A stretch of 64,000 nucleotides of DNA from Malacoraja senta (GCA_038087875.1 CM075995.1:8682001-8746000), one strand, 5' to 3'. Numbered from the stretch's first letter, positions 26,013 through 40,129 are shown. Numbers and translations: made by a program. The notes: generated by a model from the letters alone, not told the origin.

Positions 26013-27234
26013 TGTCTATCTTCTGCACTGTTCTGTGTTCCATGATCCTCCAATTCGGCAAGTGGGAAAATCAGTTAATGATATCGGGAATGACTCATAT
26101 TTTTTTTTTTAAAGCTCGTTATCATTTTGTGCGAGGCAGCCGTCCACAGACCCAAGTGCAGACTGACCCTGTTTACATTTAAAATATCCAATCAGAATAC
26201 AGAGTAGTGTTGCCGGGCAACAGTGACTGTAAATGGCTGCAAGTCTTTACGTGTAAACCATCTGCCCGATTCAAGTCATCGTCGTTGTCAAGTTCCTTCA
26301 TGTGTGTCTGTGAATCTTTCCTGTAGTTTGGTTGAGAGACACAGCAAGGAAACAGGCCCTTCGGCCCACCCAGTACATAGGTTCATAAGTGGACCGGGGC
26401 AGAATTTGGCCATTCTGCCCATCAAGTCTACTCCGACCAGGTTAATTCCCCGGGATGGCGGGACTGTCATACGCTGAGAGAATGGGGCGGCTGGGCTTGT
26501 ACACTCTGGAGTTTAGAAGGATGAGAGGGTATCTCATTGAAACATTTAAGATTATTAAGGGCTTGGACACGCTAGAGGCAGGAAACATGTTCCCGATGTT
26601 GGGGGAGTCCAGAACCAGGGGCCACAGTTTAAGAATAAGAGGTAAGCCATTTAGAACGGAGACGAGGAAACACTTTTTCTCACAGAGAGTGGTGAGTCTG
26701 TGGAATTCTCTGCCTCAGAGGGCGGTGGAGGCCGGTTCTCTGGATGCTTTCAAGAGAGAGCTAGATAGGGCTCTTAAAAATAGCGGAGTCAGGGGATATG
26801 GGGAGAAGGCAGGAACGGGGTACTGATTGGGGATGATCAGCCATGATCACATTGAATGGCGGTGCTGGCTCGAAGGGCCGAATGGCCTACTCCTGCACCT
26901 ATTGTCTGTTGTTATGGGGAGAAGGCAGGAGAATGGGGTTAGGAGGGAGAGATAGATCAGCCATGATTGAACGGTGGAGTAGATTCGATGGGCCGAATGG
27001 CCTAATTCTGCTCCTATCACTTATGATCATGAAGCTTCTTGACTAGTAAGGGTGTCAGGGGTTATGGGGAGAAGGAGGGAGAGAGGTGTTGAGAGGGAGA
27101 GATAGATCAGCCATGACTGAATGGTGGAGTAGACTCGATGGGCCAAATGGCCCAATTCTGCTCCTATATGGGCGTCGAAGGTTACGGGAAGATGGCAGGA
27201 GAATGGGGTTTGGAGGGAGAGATAGGTGGAGCAT

Positions 27235-28460
27235 GTAGAATGGATAAGGGAGAGCCAGTGGATGTGGTGTACCTGGACTTTCAAAACGCCTATGACAAGG
27301 TCCCACACAACCGATTCGTGGGCAAAATTAGGGCACATGGTATTGGGGTTAGGGTGCTGACATGGATAGAGAACTGGTTGGCAGACTGGAAGCAAAGAGA
27401 CAAATTAATTGGTCCTTTTCAGAATGGCAGGCAGTGACTAGTGGGGTACCGCAAGGCTCGGTGCTGGGACCCCAGCTATTTACAATATACATCAATGATT
27501 TGGATGAAGGGATTCAAAGTAACATTAGCAAATTTGCAGATGACAAAAAGCTGGGTGGCAGTGTGAACTGTGAGGAGGATGCTATGAGAATGCATGGTGA
27601 CTTGGACCGGTTGGGTGAGTGGGCAGATGCATGGCAGATGAAGTTTAATGCGGATAAATGTGAGGTTATCCACTTTGGTGGCAAGAACAGGAAGGCAGAT
27701 TATTATCTGAATGGCATCAGATTAGGAGAAGGGGAGGTGCAACGAGACCTGGGTGTGCTTGTACATCAGTCACTGAAAGTAAACATGCAGGTACAGCAGG
27801 TAGTGAAGAAAGCTAATGGCATGTTGGCCTTCATTGCGAAATAATTTGAGTTTAGGAGCAAGGAGGTCCTACTGCAGTTGCACAGGGCCCTGGTGAGACC
27901 ACACCTGGAGTATTGTGTGCAATTTTGGTCTCCTAATTTGAGGAAGGACATTCTTGCTATTGACAGAGTGCAGCGTAGGCTCACCAGGTTAATTCCCGGG
28001 ATGGCGGGACTGACATCTGATGAAAGAATGGATCAACTGGGCTTGTATTCACTGGAATTTAGGATGAGATGAGATCTTATAGAAACATATAAAATTCTTA
28101 AAGGATTGGACAGGCTAGATGCAGGAAAAATGTTCCTGATGTTGGGGGAGTCCAGAACCAGGGATCCCAGATAAGAATAAGGGATAGGCCATTTAGGACT
28201 GAGATGAGGAACAACCTTTTCAACCAGAGAGTTGTGAATCTGTGGAATTCTCTGCCACAGAAGGGAGTGGAGGCCGATTCACTGTATGTTTTCAAGAGAG
28301 AGTTAGATTTAGCTCTGAGGGCTAAAGGAATCAAGGGATATGGGGAGAAAGCTGGGACGGGGTATTGATTTTGGATGATCTGCCATGATCATATTGAATG
28401 GCGGTGCTAGCTCGAAGGGCCGAATGGCCTACTCCCACACCTGTTTTTCCATGTTTTTGC
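27235..28460 (+). mobile_element. CR1 LINE ORF2 RT region to 3' end, degenerate
   Basis: VDVVYLDFQNAYDKVPH..PQGSVLGPQLFTIYINDLDE..KFADD..; stops and frameshifts. Confidence 0.92.
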
Positions 28461-28603
28461 TATGTTTCCAGATCAGCCGCGATTGAATGGCGGAGTAGAC
28501 TCGATGGGCCGAATGGCCTAATTCTGCTCCAATGACTGATGAACATGCATCGTCGGGCAACGTTCAACACAGGAGTAGTCGGTGGCGCGGCGCTGAGCCT
28601 TAC

Positions 28604-28702
28604 CTGGCCTTGGGCGGTGGTGAAGTTGATCACTCCTCCCACGCACGCGGAAACGAAGCAGGGAAGATGCTGGCCATTCTCCCTCAACCACACGGCCGTC
28701 CC
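28604..28702 (-). CDS. MYO10: Myosin-X (MYO10 or MYO10-like paralogue) coding exon 2, N-terminal region preceding the motor domain
   Basis: Minus strand ...gttgttccttggtgcag|99 nt|gtaagg, phase 0/0, encoding GTAVWLRENGQHLPCFVSACVGGVINFTTAQGQ. Human MYO10 as I recall it reads GTRVWLRENGQHFPSTVNSCAEGIVVFRTDYGQ, the same length. Orthologue versus paralogue is unresolved. Confidence 0.9.
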
Positions 28703-29743
28703 CTGCACCAAGGAACAACCACAGCGTCAACAAAAATCACCGCCCCTCCACCCACCGTACACCCACAGTTGACATTTTTATGGTTAGTTCACTGGGCGGC
28801 ACGGTAGCGCTGCTGCCTTACAGCGCCAGACACCCGGGCTCCAACCTGTCTGAGTCATAGAGGGATACGGCATGGATACAGGCCCTTCGGCCCAACTACA
28901 CTATAGTCCCACCTGCCCGCGTTTGGTCCATATCCCTCCAAACCTGTCCTATCCCTGTACCTGTCTAACTGTTTCTTAAACGTTGTGGTAGTCCCAGCCT
29001 CAACTACCTCCTCCGGCAGCTCGTTCCACACGCCCACCACCCTTTGTGTGTAAAAGTTACCCCTCAGATTCAGATTAAATCTTTTCCCATTCATTTTAAA
29101 CCATGTCTTAGATTCCCCTACTCTGGGCGAGAGACTCTGTTCATCTATAGATCGTGATGCTAGTCGTAGGCACTCGTGGCATCAAGTTGGTCGGGGCGTT
29201 TTTCCTAGCCTGATGAAAAATGTCCACGAGTAAAAAAAGGTCGTGAATTAGGTCGTGAAAGTGGGACAGGCCCTTGAGAATAAGGGGTAAGCCATTTGGA
29301 ACGGAGACGAGGAAACACTTTTTCACACAGAGAGTTGTGAGTCTGTGGAATTCTCTGCCTCAGAGGGCGGTGGAGGCGGGTTCTCTGGATGCTTTCAAGA
29401 GAGAGCTAGATAGGGCTCTTAAAGATAGCGGAGTCAGGGGATATGGGGAGAAGGCAGGAACGGGGTACTGATTGGGGATGATCAGCCATGATCACATTGA
29501 ATGGCAGTGCTGGCTCAAAGGGCCGAATGGCCTACTCCTGCACTTATTGTCTAATGTGTAGGGAGTGGACGAGAAAGTGGGACAACATAGAATTAGTGTG
29601 AATGGGTGATCGATGGTCGGCATGGGCACGGTGGGCCGAAGGGCCTGTTTCCTTACTGTATCTCTCAACTAAAGTGCCCCAGAAACTATGCCTCCATATC
29701 TATTGATTTGCACTATTATTGTTAGTGTTTTGAAAGTGTACAT

Positions 29744-29797
<54 letters not shown>

Positions 29798-32700
29798 CAG
29801 TATGTACGCACATTATATATATACACACAGGATTTTTTTCTCATTTATTATATTGTTCACAGTGCACTGTGTTTCCATATTGTGCCCCACTGCTGCAAGT
29901 AATAGCCCTCTCCCACGGTACAAGTTCATTCCAAGAGCTCTCCCGAGTTAAAAAAAAATCAAACTTGTGGTAATCACGGAGAATGAACGTAGCGGGTACG
30001 TCGGAGCTCGGGGACGTCTCTTAGCGGCTCGTAACGCTAACGGCAGGTACTCAGGAAGACTCGCTAACGGCAAGTAAGTCCGGGAAGACTCGTGGAGATT
30101 CTTCAACATGATGAAAAATGTCCACGAGAGCCCCGAGTACCCGACAAGCGGCCATTACCGTAAACCTCCGAGTTGGAATCAGGGCAAACTCTGGAGAACT
30201 CTTGGAATGAACTCGTACCGTGGGACGGGGGTTTAAGAATAGCATTGTTCCATCTAGGACATCCGACAATAAAACTCTCTTCACTCTCTCTCCCTTGAGC
30301 AGGAAGGAACTGCAGATGCTGGTTTACACCGAAGATGGACACAAAATGCCGGGGTAACTCAGCGGGACAGGCAGCACCTCTGGGCAGAAGGAACGGGTGA
30401 CGTTTCGGGCCATGATCGGTCTGAAGAAGGGCATCGACCCCGAAACGTCGCCCATTCCTTCTATCTGAGTTGGATACTGAGTTGGATGATCAGCCATGAT
30501 CATATTGAATGGTGGTGCAGGCTCGAAGGGCCGAATGGCCTACTCCTGCACCTATTTTCTATGTTTCTATGTTTCTATCCAGTGACGGTGCCTGTCCCGC
30601 TGAGTCACCCAACATTTTGTGTCCACCTTCGATCTGCAAGAGAAACTACTTGAAGAATGCACATCTGAATGCTTCACGGACATCTGTAAACGAAGACTTG
30701 CGTTCACGAGCAAAGTCATGACGGAATTTTTTAGGATAGACAGTCCGAACCTAGTTGCCGGGTATGGAACAATCAAAGACCAGGGGAGCACGGCTTTAAG
30801 GTTGAGAGGGGCAAAGTTGGAAGGAGATGTGCGTGGGGCAAGCTCGTTCTTGCACAGAGGGTGGTGGGGGCATGGAACGCTCTGCCAGAGGTGGTGGTGG
30901 CGGGAGCAGATACGGTCGTGGCGTTTAAGAGACCTTTGGATAGGCACGTGCAAGGAATGGAGGGATATGGATCGCGTGTGGGTTGATAAGAGTGGGTCTT
31001 GGCATCATGTCCAGCACAGATATTGTGGGCCGAAGGGCCTGTTCCTCTGTTGAAGCGTCACTGAACCTTAATTGGTACACGTGACAATGAACTACCTTTG
31101 AACCTTCCAGGTTGGTAGATTAGTGGTGTTACTCCCAAACCATAGAATGTTTGTTTCATAATCAGTGATGGGTAAAGTAGATGAGGCAGAATCTTAATCA
31201 CCGCTATTGGGCAATGATTGAAGATTTTACAGTCCAAAACATTCATTAGTCTGGATATAATTTAAACCACAAAATGGCAGAGTCACAGAGTGTCATAGAG
31301 TGATACAGGGAAACAGGCCCTTCGGCCCAACTCGCCCACACCGGCCAACATGCCCCCCCATCTACCCTAGTCCCACTTGCCTGCGCTTGGTCCATATCCC
31401 TCCAAACCTGTCCTATCCATGCGCCTGTCCAACTGTTTCTTAAACAGTTTTTTAGAACGGGGACGAGGAAACACTTTTTCTCACAGAGAGTGGTGAGTCT
31501 GTGGAATTCTCTGCCTCAGAGGGCGGTGGAGGCAGGTTCTCTGGATGCTTTCAAGAGAGAGTTAGATAGGGCTCTTAAAAATAGCGGAGTCAGGGGATAT
31601 GGGGAGAAGGCAGGAACGGGGTACTGATTGGGGATGATCAGCCATGATCACATTGAATGGTGGTGCTGGCTCGAAGGGCCGAATGGCCTACTCCTGCACC
31701 TATTGTCTATTGTCTAAACGCTGGGATAGTCCCAGCCTCAACTACCTCCTCTGGCAGCTTGTTCCATCCACCCACCGCCCTCTGTGTGGAAAAGTTACCC
31801 CTCGGATTCCTCTTCAATCTTTTCCCCTTCACCTTGAACCGATGTCCTCCGGTCCTCGATTCCCCTACTCTGGGGAAAAGGCTCTGTTGATCTGTTCATA
31901 ATCAGCTGGAAGTTATCACTTCATAAGCGAGAGGAGCAGAGTTAGGCCATTCGGCCCATCAAGTCTACTCCGCCATTCAGTCGTGGCTGATCTATCTCTC
32001 CCTTGTCTCAACCCCCTTCTCCTGCCTTCTCCCCATAAACCCCAAGATTGAGGTCGAGCAAGCTGTTCAAAGGTTCATCAGTGATAGGAGTAGAACTCTG
32101 CCTTAAAAATACCCACTGACTTGGCCTCCACAGCCGGTCTGTGGCAATGAACTCCACAGATTCACCACCCCTCAGTGGCGTTTATGTGAATCCTTTGTGA
32201 CCACGTTTGCTCCGGGTTCATCCCACATCCCAGAGGTGTGTGGGGTTGCTCAGGTTAATTGGCCCTCTGCAAATCATAGAGTCATCGAATGATACAGCGT
32301 GGAAACAGGCCCTTCGGCCCAACTTGCCCACACTCACCGACCAACATGCCCCATCCACACAAGTCTCACCTGCCTGCATTTGGCCCATATCCCTCCAAAC
32401 CTGTCCTATCCATGTACCTGTCCAAATGTTTCTTTAGGTCCCAGCCTCAACGACCCCCTCTGGCAGCTCGTTCCATACACCCACCACCCTTTGTGCCGAA
32501 AAGGTTACCCCTCAGATTCCTACTAAATCTTTCCCCCTTCACCTTAAACCTATGTCTGGAGGCCAATTCTCTGTGGCAGAGAATTCCACAGACTCACCAC
32601 TCTCTGGGTGAAAGGGTTTTTTCCTCATCTCAGTCCGAAATGGCCTACCCCTTATTCTTAAACTGTGACCCCTGGTTCTGGACTCCCCCCGACATCTGGA

Positions 32701-33276
32701 AAAAAAAATTCTGCATCTAGCCTGTCCAATCACTTAAGAATTTTATATGTTTTTTATAAGATCTCATCCTAAATTCCAGCGAATATAAGCCCAATCGATC
32801 CATTCTTTCATCATATGTCAGTCCCGCCATCCCGGGAATTAACCTGGTGAACCTACGCTGCACTCCCTCAATAGCAAGAATGTCCTTCCTCAAATTGGGA
32901 GACCACAACTGCACACAATACTCCAGGTGTGGTCTCACCAGGGCCCTGTACAACTGCAGAAGGACCTCTTTGGTCCTGTACACAAATCCTCTCGCTCTGA
33001 AGGCCAACATGCCATTAGCTTTCTTCACTGCCTGCTGTACCTGCACGCTTGCTCGCAGTTATCTTCCACACTCCAAAGACGTACAGGTTTGTAGGTTAAT
33101 CACCTTGGTATCAATGTAAAACGTCAATGTGAAACTGTCCCCAGTGTGTGTAGGGTGGTGTTAGTGTGCGGGGATCGCTGGCCGGTCTCTAAACCACATA
33201 TCACCAACAACGTTGTCTACAAAGCCCTTCCACAAAACAACCAAATGAGTGACTAAATGGACAGTCGAGAACCAAA

Positions 33277-34250
33277 ACATAGAAACATACAAAATAGGTG
33301 CAGGAGTAGGCCATTCGGCCCTTCGAGCCTGCACCGCCATTCAATATGATCATGGCTGTTCATCCAACTCAGTATCCCGTACCTGCCTTCTCTCCATACC
33401 CCCTGATCCCCTTAGCCACAAGGGCCACATCTAACTCCCTCTTAAATATAGCCAATGAACTGGCCTCAACTACCCTCTGTGGCAGAGAGTTCCAGAGATT
33501 CACCACTCTCTGTGTGAAAAAGTTTTTCCTCATCTCGGTCTTAAAGGATTTCCCCCTTATCCTTAAGCTGTGACCCCTTGTCCTGGACTTCCCCAACATC
33601 GGGAACAATCTTCCTGCATCTAGCCTGTCCAACCCCATAAGAATTTTGTACGTTTCTATAAGATCCCCTCTCAATCTCCTAAATTCTAGCGAGTATAAGC
33701 CAAGTCTACCAGTCTTTCTTCATATGAAAGTCCTGACATCCCAGGAATCAGTCTGGTGAACCTTCTCTGCACTCCCTCTATGGCTATAATGTCCTTCCTC
33801 AGATTTGGAGACCAAAACTGTACGCAATACTCCAGGAGTGGTCTCACCAAGACCCTGTACAACTGCAGTAGAACCTCCCTGCTCCTATACTCAAACCCTC
33901 TTGCTATGAAAGCCAACATACCATTCGCTTTCTTCACTGCCTGCTGCACCTGCATGCCTACTTTCAATGACTGGTGTACCATGACACCCAGGTCTCGCTG
34001 CACCTCCCCATTTCCTAGTCGGCCACCATTTAGATAATAGTCTGCTTTCCTGTTTTTGCCACCAAAGTGGATAACCTCACATTTATCCACATTATACTGC
34101 ATCTGCCAAACATTTGCCCACTCACCCAGCCTATCCAAGTCACCTTGCAGTCTCCTAGCATCCTCCTCACAGCTAACACTGCCCCCAGCTTAGTGTCATC
34201 CGCAAACTTGGAGATGTTGCTTTCAATTCCCTCATCCAGATCATTAATAT
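33277..34250 (-). mobile_element. CR1 LINE RT-to-3'-end fragment
   Basis: [47 protein letters not shown]. Confidence 0.92.
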
Positions 34251-34649
34251 AAATATAAAAGGTCCCCATTGTTTCAAGGAGTTAAAACCAGCCCCCGCAA
34301 CCACACTTTGGGGGACCAGACCCAACTGGTCTGCACTTGGTGTAGTTATTAATAAAAAATGATTCAGCGTACGTTTTGTAGTCACTTCCAGTTATTGAAA
34401 TTGGGTTAGTCACGGCGAGCAGACCTGACAGCAATTAAATATCAAGCCACAGGAAACTGCAGTTAGAGAGCTTAGCGACACGGCGTCAGGACAACAGCCT
34501 CAGCAAGGCGGCGTTGGGCCGTCACGGTGGCGCAGCGGTAGAGTTGCTGCCTCACAGCGCCAGAGACCCGGGTTCCATCCTGACTACGGGTGCCGCCTGG
34601 GCAGAGTTTGTACGTTCTCCCCGTGACCTGCGTGGGTTTTCTTCGGGTC

Positions 34650-35662
34650 CTAACAAGAGGAGTCGAGTATAGGAGCAAAGAGGTCCTTCTGCAGTTGTAC
34701 AGGGCCCTAGTGAGACCACACCTGGAGTATTGGTGTGCAGTTTTGGTCCCCTAATTTGAGGAAGGACATTCTTGCTATTGAGGGAGTGCAGCGTAGGTTT
34801 ACAAGGTTAATTGGTGGGACTGTCATATGAATGGAGCGGCTGGGCTTGTAGACTCTGGAGTTTAGAAGGATGAGAGGGTATCTTATTGAAACATATAAGG
34901 GTTTGGACACGCTAGAAGCAGGAAACATTGGGGGAGTCCAGAACCAGGGGCCACAGTTTAAGAATAAGGGGTAAGCCATTTAGAACGGAGACGAGGAAAC
35001 ATTTTTTCTCACAGAGAGTGGTGAGTCTGTGGAATTCTCTGCCTCAGAGGGCGGTGGAGGCAGGTTCTCTGGATAATTTCAAGAGAGAGCCAGATAGGGC
35101 TCTTAAAGATAGCGGAGTCAGGGGAGTTCAATGTGATCATGGCTGATCATCCCCAATCAGTACCCCGTTCCTGCCTTCTCCCCATATCCCTTGACTCCGC
35201 TATCTTTAAGAGTCCTATCTAGCTCTCTCTTGAAAGCATCCAGAGAACCGGCCTCCACCGTCCTCTGAGGCAGGGAATTCCACAGACTCACCACTCTCTG
35301 TGAGAAAAAAGTGTTTCCTCGTCTCTGTTCTAAATGGCTTACTCCTTATTCTTAAAACTGTGGCCCCTGGTTCTGGACTCCCCCAACATCGGGAACATGT
35401 TTCCTGCCTCTAGCGTGTCCAAACCCTTAACAATCTAATATGTTTCAATGAGATACCCTCTCATCCTTCTAAACTCCAGAGTGTACAAGCCCAGCCGCTC
35501 CATTCTCTCAGCGTATGACAGTCCCGCCATCCCGGGAATTAACCTTGTGAACCTACGCTGCACTCCCTCAATAGCAAGAATGTCCTTCCTCAAATTAGGG
35601 GACCAAAACTGCACACAATACTCCAGGTGTGGTCTCACCAGGGCTCTGTCCAACTGCAGAAG
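34650..35662. mobile_element. Two CR1 3' fragments joined tail-to-tail (long inverted repeat)
   Basis: Plus copy 34650-35128 abuts minus copy 35129-35662. Confidence 0.88.
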
Positions 35663-37162
35663 GAGTGGGGGAGGGGGGGCAGGTAATAGAGACGGGGTCA
35701 GCGGGGAGAGTTCAGAGCTCATTTCCCGGAGCCCATCAATGGAGGCAGCAGGTGCAAGATACGGCCTGTAGTGTTGCCTCCACATGATAAGATAAAGTCT
35801 AGAAATATTTTATAATTCCATCTAGTGAAGCCAAAATATTAACAGACATACCAGGCTGGTGTCCGATACATTTTCCTTTGAAAGTTCACAACTGCATAAC
35901 TTACGCTCAGAGAGTCACAGAGTGATCCAGTGTGGAAACAGGCCCTTCGGCCCAACTCGACCAACATGTCCCATCTACACTAGTCCCACCTGCCTGTGTT
36001 TGGATCGTATACTCTGGAGTTTAGAAGGATGAGAGGGGATCTTATTGAAACATATAAGATTGTTAAGGGTTTGGACACGCTAGAGGCAGGAAACATGTTC
36101 CCGATGTTGGGGGAGTCCAGAACCAGGGGCCACACAGTTTAAGAATAAGGAGTAAGCCATTTAGAACGGAGACGAGGAAACACTTTTTCTCACAGAGAGT
36201 TGTGAGTCTGTGGAATTCTCTGCCTGAGAGGGCGGTGGAGGCCGGTTCTCTGGATGCTTTCAAGAGAGAGCTAGATAGGACTCTTAAAGATAGCAGAGTC
36301 AAGGGACATGGGGAGAAGGCAGGAACGGGGTACTGATTGGGGATGATCAGCCATGATCACATTGAATGGCGGTGCTGGCACGAAGGGCCGAATGGCCTAC
36401 TCCTGCACCTATCGTCTATTGTCTATTATCCCTCTAAACCTGTCCTATCCATATTACCTGTCCAAATGTTTCTTAAGCACTGAGATAGTCCCAGCCTCAA
36501 CTATCTCCTCCGGCAGCTTGTTCCATACACCCACCACCCTTTGTGTGAAAAAGGTTACCCCTCAGATTCCTATTAAATCTTTTCCCCTTCACCTTAAAAC
36601 TATGTCCTCTGGTCCTCGATTCCCCTACTCTGGGCAAGAGACTCTGTGCGTCTACCCGATCTATTCCTCTCATGATTTTGTACACCTCTATAAGATCACC
36701 CCTCATCCTCCTGCGCTCCATGGAATAGAGACCCAGCCTACTCAACCTCTCCCTGTAGCTCACACCCTCAAGTCTATATTGTTGCGTTCCGGGACATATG
36801 ACAATAACACACTTTGTTTGGCTTAGTTAAGAGGTACAGCACGAAAACAGGCCCTTCGGCCCACCGAGTCGGTGCCGACCGGCCATCTCCATACACCAGC
36901 ACTATCCCACACATTAACACACACGAGGGACAATTTACAATTACACCCAAGCCAATTAACCTACAAAGCCGTATGGGGATGATCAGCCATGATCACATTG
37001 AATGGCGGTGCTGGCTCGAAGGGCCGAATGGCCTACTCCTGCACCTATTGTCTATTGGCCACTCAAATTTCACTGTACCAGTTGGTGCAGGTGACAATAA
37101 ATGTGAACTTGAACTTGGTCTTTGGAGCGTGGGAGGAAAGCGAAGGTCTCCTATTAAATCTT

Positions 37163-37808
37163 TTCTTCATAGCAAGAGGATTTGAGTATAGGAGCAGGGA
37201 GGTTCTACTGCAGTTGTACAGGGTCTTGGTGAGACCACACCTGGAGTATTGCGTACAGTTTTGGTTTCCAAATCTGAGGAAGGACATTATAGCCATAGAG
37301 GGAGTGCAGAGAAGGTTCACCAGACTGATTCCTGGGATGTCAGGACTTTCATATGAAGAAAGACTGGATAGACTTGGCTTATACTCACTAGAATTTAGGA
37401 GATTGAGAGGGGATCTTATAGAAACGTACAAAATTCTTATGGGGTTGGACAGGCTAGATGCAGGAAGATTGTTCCCGATGTTGGGGAAGTCCAGGACAAG
37501 GGGTCACAGCTTAAGGATAAGGGGGAAATCCTTTAAGACCGAGATGAGGAAAAACTTTTTCACACAGAGAGTGGTGAATCTCTGGAACTCTCTGCCACAG
37601 AGGGTAGTTGACGCCAGTTCATTGGCTATATTTAAGAGGGAGTTAGATGTGGCCCTTGTGGCTAAAGGGATCAGGGGGTATGGAGAGAAGGCAGGTACGG
37701 GATACTGAGTTGGACGATCAGCCATGATCACATTGAATGGCGGTGCAGGCTCGAAGGGCCAAATGGCCTACTCCTGCACCTATTTTCTATGTATCTATGT
37801 ATCTATGT
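37163..37808 (+). mobile_element. CR1 LINE 3' fragment (young)
   Basis: Uninterrupted [29 protein letters not shown]...GYGEKAGTGY* within ORF 36989-37708; (ATCTATGT) tail. Confidence 0.92.
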
Positions 37809-38139
37809 CTCGGAGAAAGCCCGCAGCGGGCACAGGGAGAACGTAATACTCCCTACAGACAAGCGCCCGGAGTCAGGATCGAACCCGGGTCTCTGCTGCT
37901 GTGAGGGCAGCAACTCTACCGCTGCGCCACTGTGCCTCCACACTCTTGACACCAATTCACTGATCAAATTACTTACTCTAATATATACAAACAGCTTAGA
38001 ATTACAGTAAACAAATGCACGTCCTTTGTGGTGATATTTGATTGGGACAGGACTGTAAAACCGGTTATGCAAAACGGCACTACATCAAGTGTAAAACACA
38101 CACAGAGTGCTGGAGTAACTCAGGGGGCAGGCAGCTTGC

Positions 38140-39014
38140 TCCAGCACTCTGTGAAACGTCACCTATCCATGTTCCCCACAGATGCTGCCTGACCCGCTGA
38201 GTTACTCCAGCACTCTGTGAAACGTCACCTATCCATGTTCTCCACAGATGCTGCCTGACCCGCTGAGTTACTCCAGCACTCTGTGAAACGTCACCTATCC
38301 ATGTTCCGGCAGCATCTATGGAGCGAAGGAAATAGGCAACGTTTCGGCCCGAAACCCTTCCGGGTTTCGGCCCGAAACGTTGCCTATTTCCTTCAGGGTT
38401 TCGGCCCGAATGTTTGCCCATTTACTTCGCTCCACAGATGCTGCCTGACCCGCTGAGTTACTCCAGCACTCTGTGAAACGTCACCTATCCATGTTCTCCA
38501 CAGATGCTGCCTGACCCACTGAGTTACTCCAGCACTCTGTGAAACGTCACCTATCCATGTTCTCCACAGATGCTGCCTGACCCGCTGAGTTACTCCAGCA
38601 CTCTGTGAAACGTCACCTATCCATGTTCCGGCAGCATCTATGGAGCGAAGGAAATAGGCAACGTTTCGGCCCGAAACCCTTCCGGGTTTCGGCCCGAAAC
38701 GCTTCCGGGTTTCGGCCCGAAACGTTGCCTATTTCCTTCAGGGTTTCGGCCCGAAGGTTGCCCATTTCCTTCGCTCCACAGATGCTGCCTGACCCGCTGA
38801 GTTACTCCAGCACTCTGTGAAACGTCACCTATCCATGTTCTCCACAGATGCTGCCTGACCCGCTGAGTTACTCCAGCACTCTGTGAAACGTCACCTATCC
38901 ATGTTCCCCACAGATGCTTGCCTGACCCGCTGAGTTACTCCAGCACTCTGTGAAACGTCACCTATCCATGTTCTCCACAGATGCTGCCTGACCCGCTGAG
39001 TTACTCCAGCACTC
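38140..39014 (+). repeat. 66-bp tandem array with two palindromic cassettes
   Basis: Longest array in the window; cassettes at 38308-38445 and 38630-38789. Confidence 0.92.
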
Positions 39015-39309
39015 CGTGTCTATCTAAGTCAATAGATATTTTTAAGGCAGAGATGGACAGATTCCTGATTAGTGCGGGTGTCAGGGGGTTACGGGGAGAA
39101 GGCAGGAGAATGGGGTTGGGAGGGAGAAATAGATCAGCCGTGATTGAATGGCGGAGTAGACTTGATGAGCCGAACGGGCAAATTCTGCTCCGATCATTTT
39201 ATGAACCAGGGCATCCTCTGCTCTCTGCTCTCCCCTGTCCGCAGGGTGCCTGAAGGTGAGGATGTTGGGAATGGGGCGCAGCCAGAAAGCGAGGCGCAAC
39301 CCCATCAAA

Positions 39310-39478
39310 TACTGAGACCGGGGTGGAGAAGCTTGTGTGGTCCTGAGATCCTGAGAACGATGCCGTCTGGAGCCATGCTCCTGGTAGGGCCACCCATGGC
39401 GGTGAGGTCAAGGGGAAGGTCTCTGACAAAGAGCCAATCCAACCAAGACCTCAATGGTGGAACAGGCGGAGGACGATG
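39310..39478 (+). mobile_element. Probable RTE-type LINE 5' UTR fragment
   Basis: gatgccgtctggagccatgctcctggtagggccacccatggcggtgaggtc..gacaaagag..ccaaccaagacctcaa resembles fish RTE/Expander 5' regions (from memory). Confidence 0.45.
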
Positions 39479-39479
39479 C

Positions 39480-40118
39480 ATATGTCAGAAGATCTTTCCT
39501 GGACCCAGCACACCGATGCAATTGTAAAGATGGCACATCAGCCTCTACTTCCCGAGAAGATTACGGAGATTCGGCATGTCGAAGAGGATTCCCCTAAACT
39601 TCTACAGGTACACGGCAGAGAGCATTCTGACCGGTTGCTTCGTGGCCTGGTTCGGCAACTTGAACGCCCAGGAGCGGAAAAGACTACAAAAAGTAGTAAA
39701 CACTGCCCAGTCCATCATCGGCTCTGACCTCCCTTCCATCGAGGGGATCTATCGCAGTCGCTGCCTCAAAAAGGCTGGCAGTATCATCAAGGACCCACAC
39801 CATCCTGGCCACACACTCATCTCCCGGCTACCTTCAGGTAGAAGGTACAGGAGCCTGAAGACTGCAACGACCAGGTTCAGGAATAGCTACTTCCCCACAG
39901 CCATCAGGCTATTAAACTCAACTCAAACAAACTCTGATCATTAATAGCCCATTACACTTTATCTGTTTATTTATGTGTGTATATATATATATATTCAATG
40001 GTATATGGACACACTGATCTGTTCTGTATTCATGCCGACAATATTCTGTTGTGCTGAAGCAAAGCAAGAATTTCATTGTCCTATCTGGGACACATGACAA
40101 TAAACTCACTTGAATCTT
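39480..40118 (+). mobile_element. Rex1/Babar LINE 3' fragment
   Basis: ORF 39576-39944, very similar to the 15959 copy. Confidence 0.88.
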
Positions 40119-40129
40119 GAATTCTATGC

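Noticed and set aside
36989..37708. Longest ORF (239 aa) as a host gene or active LINE
   Set aside because: Chance read-through of repeat pieces into a 5'-truncated CR1 C-terminus; lacks the RT core and endonuclease.
38140..39014. 66-bp unit as an active hammerhead
   Set aside because: It retains GAAACGTC but has no CTGANGA core on either strand.
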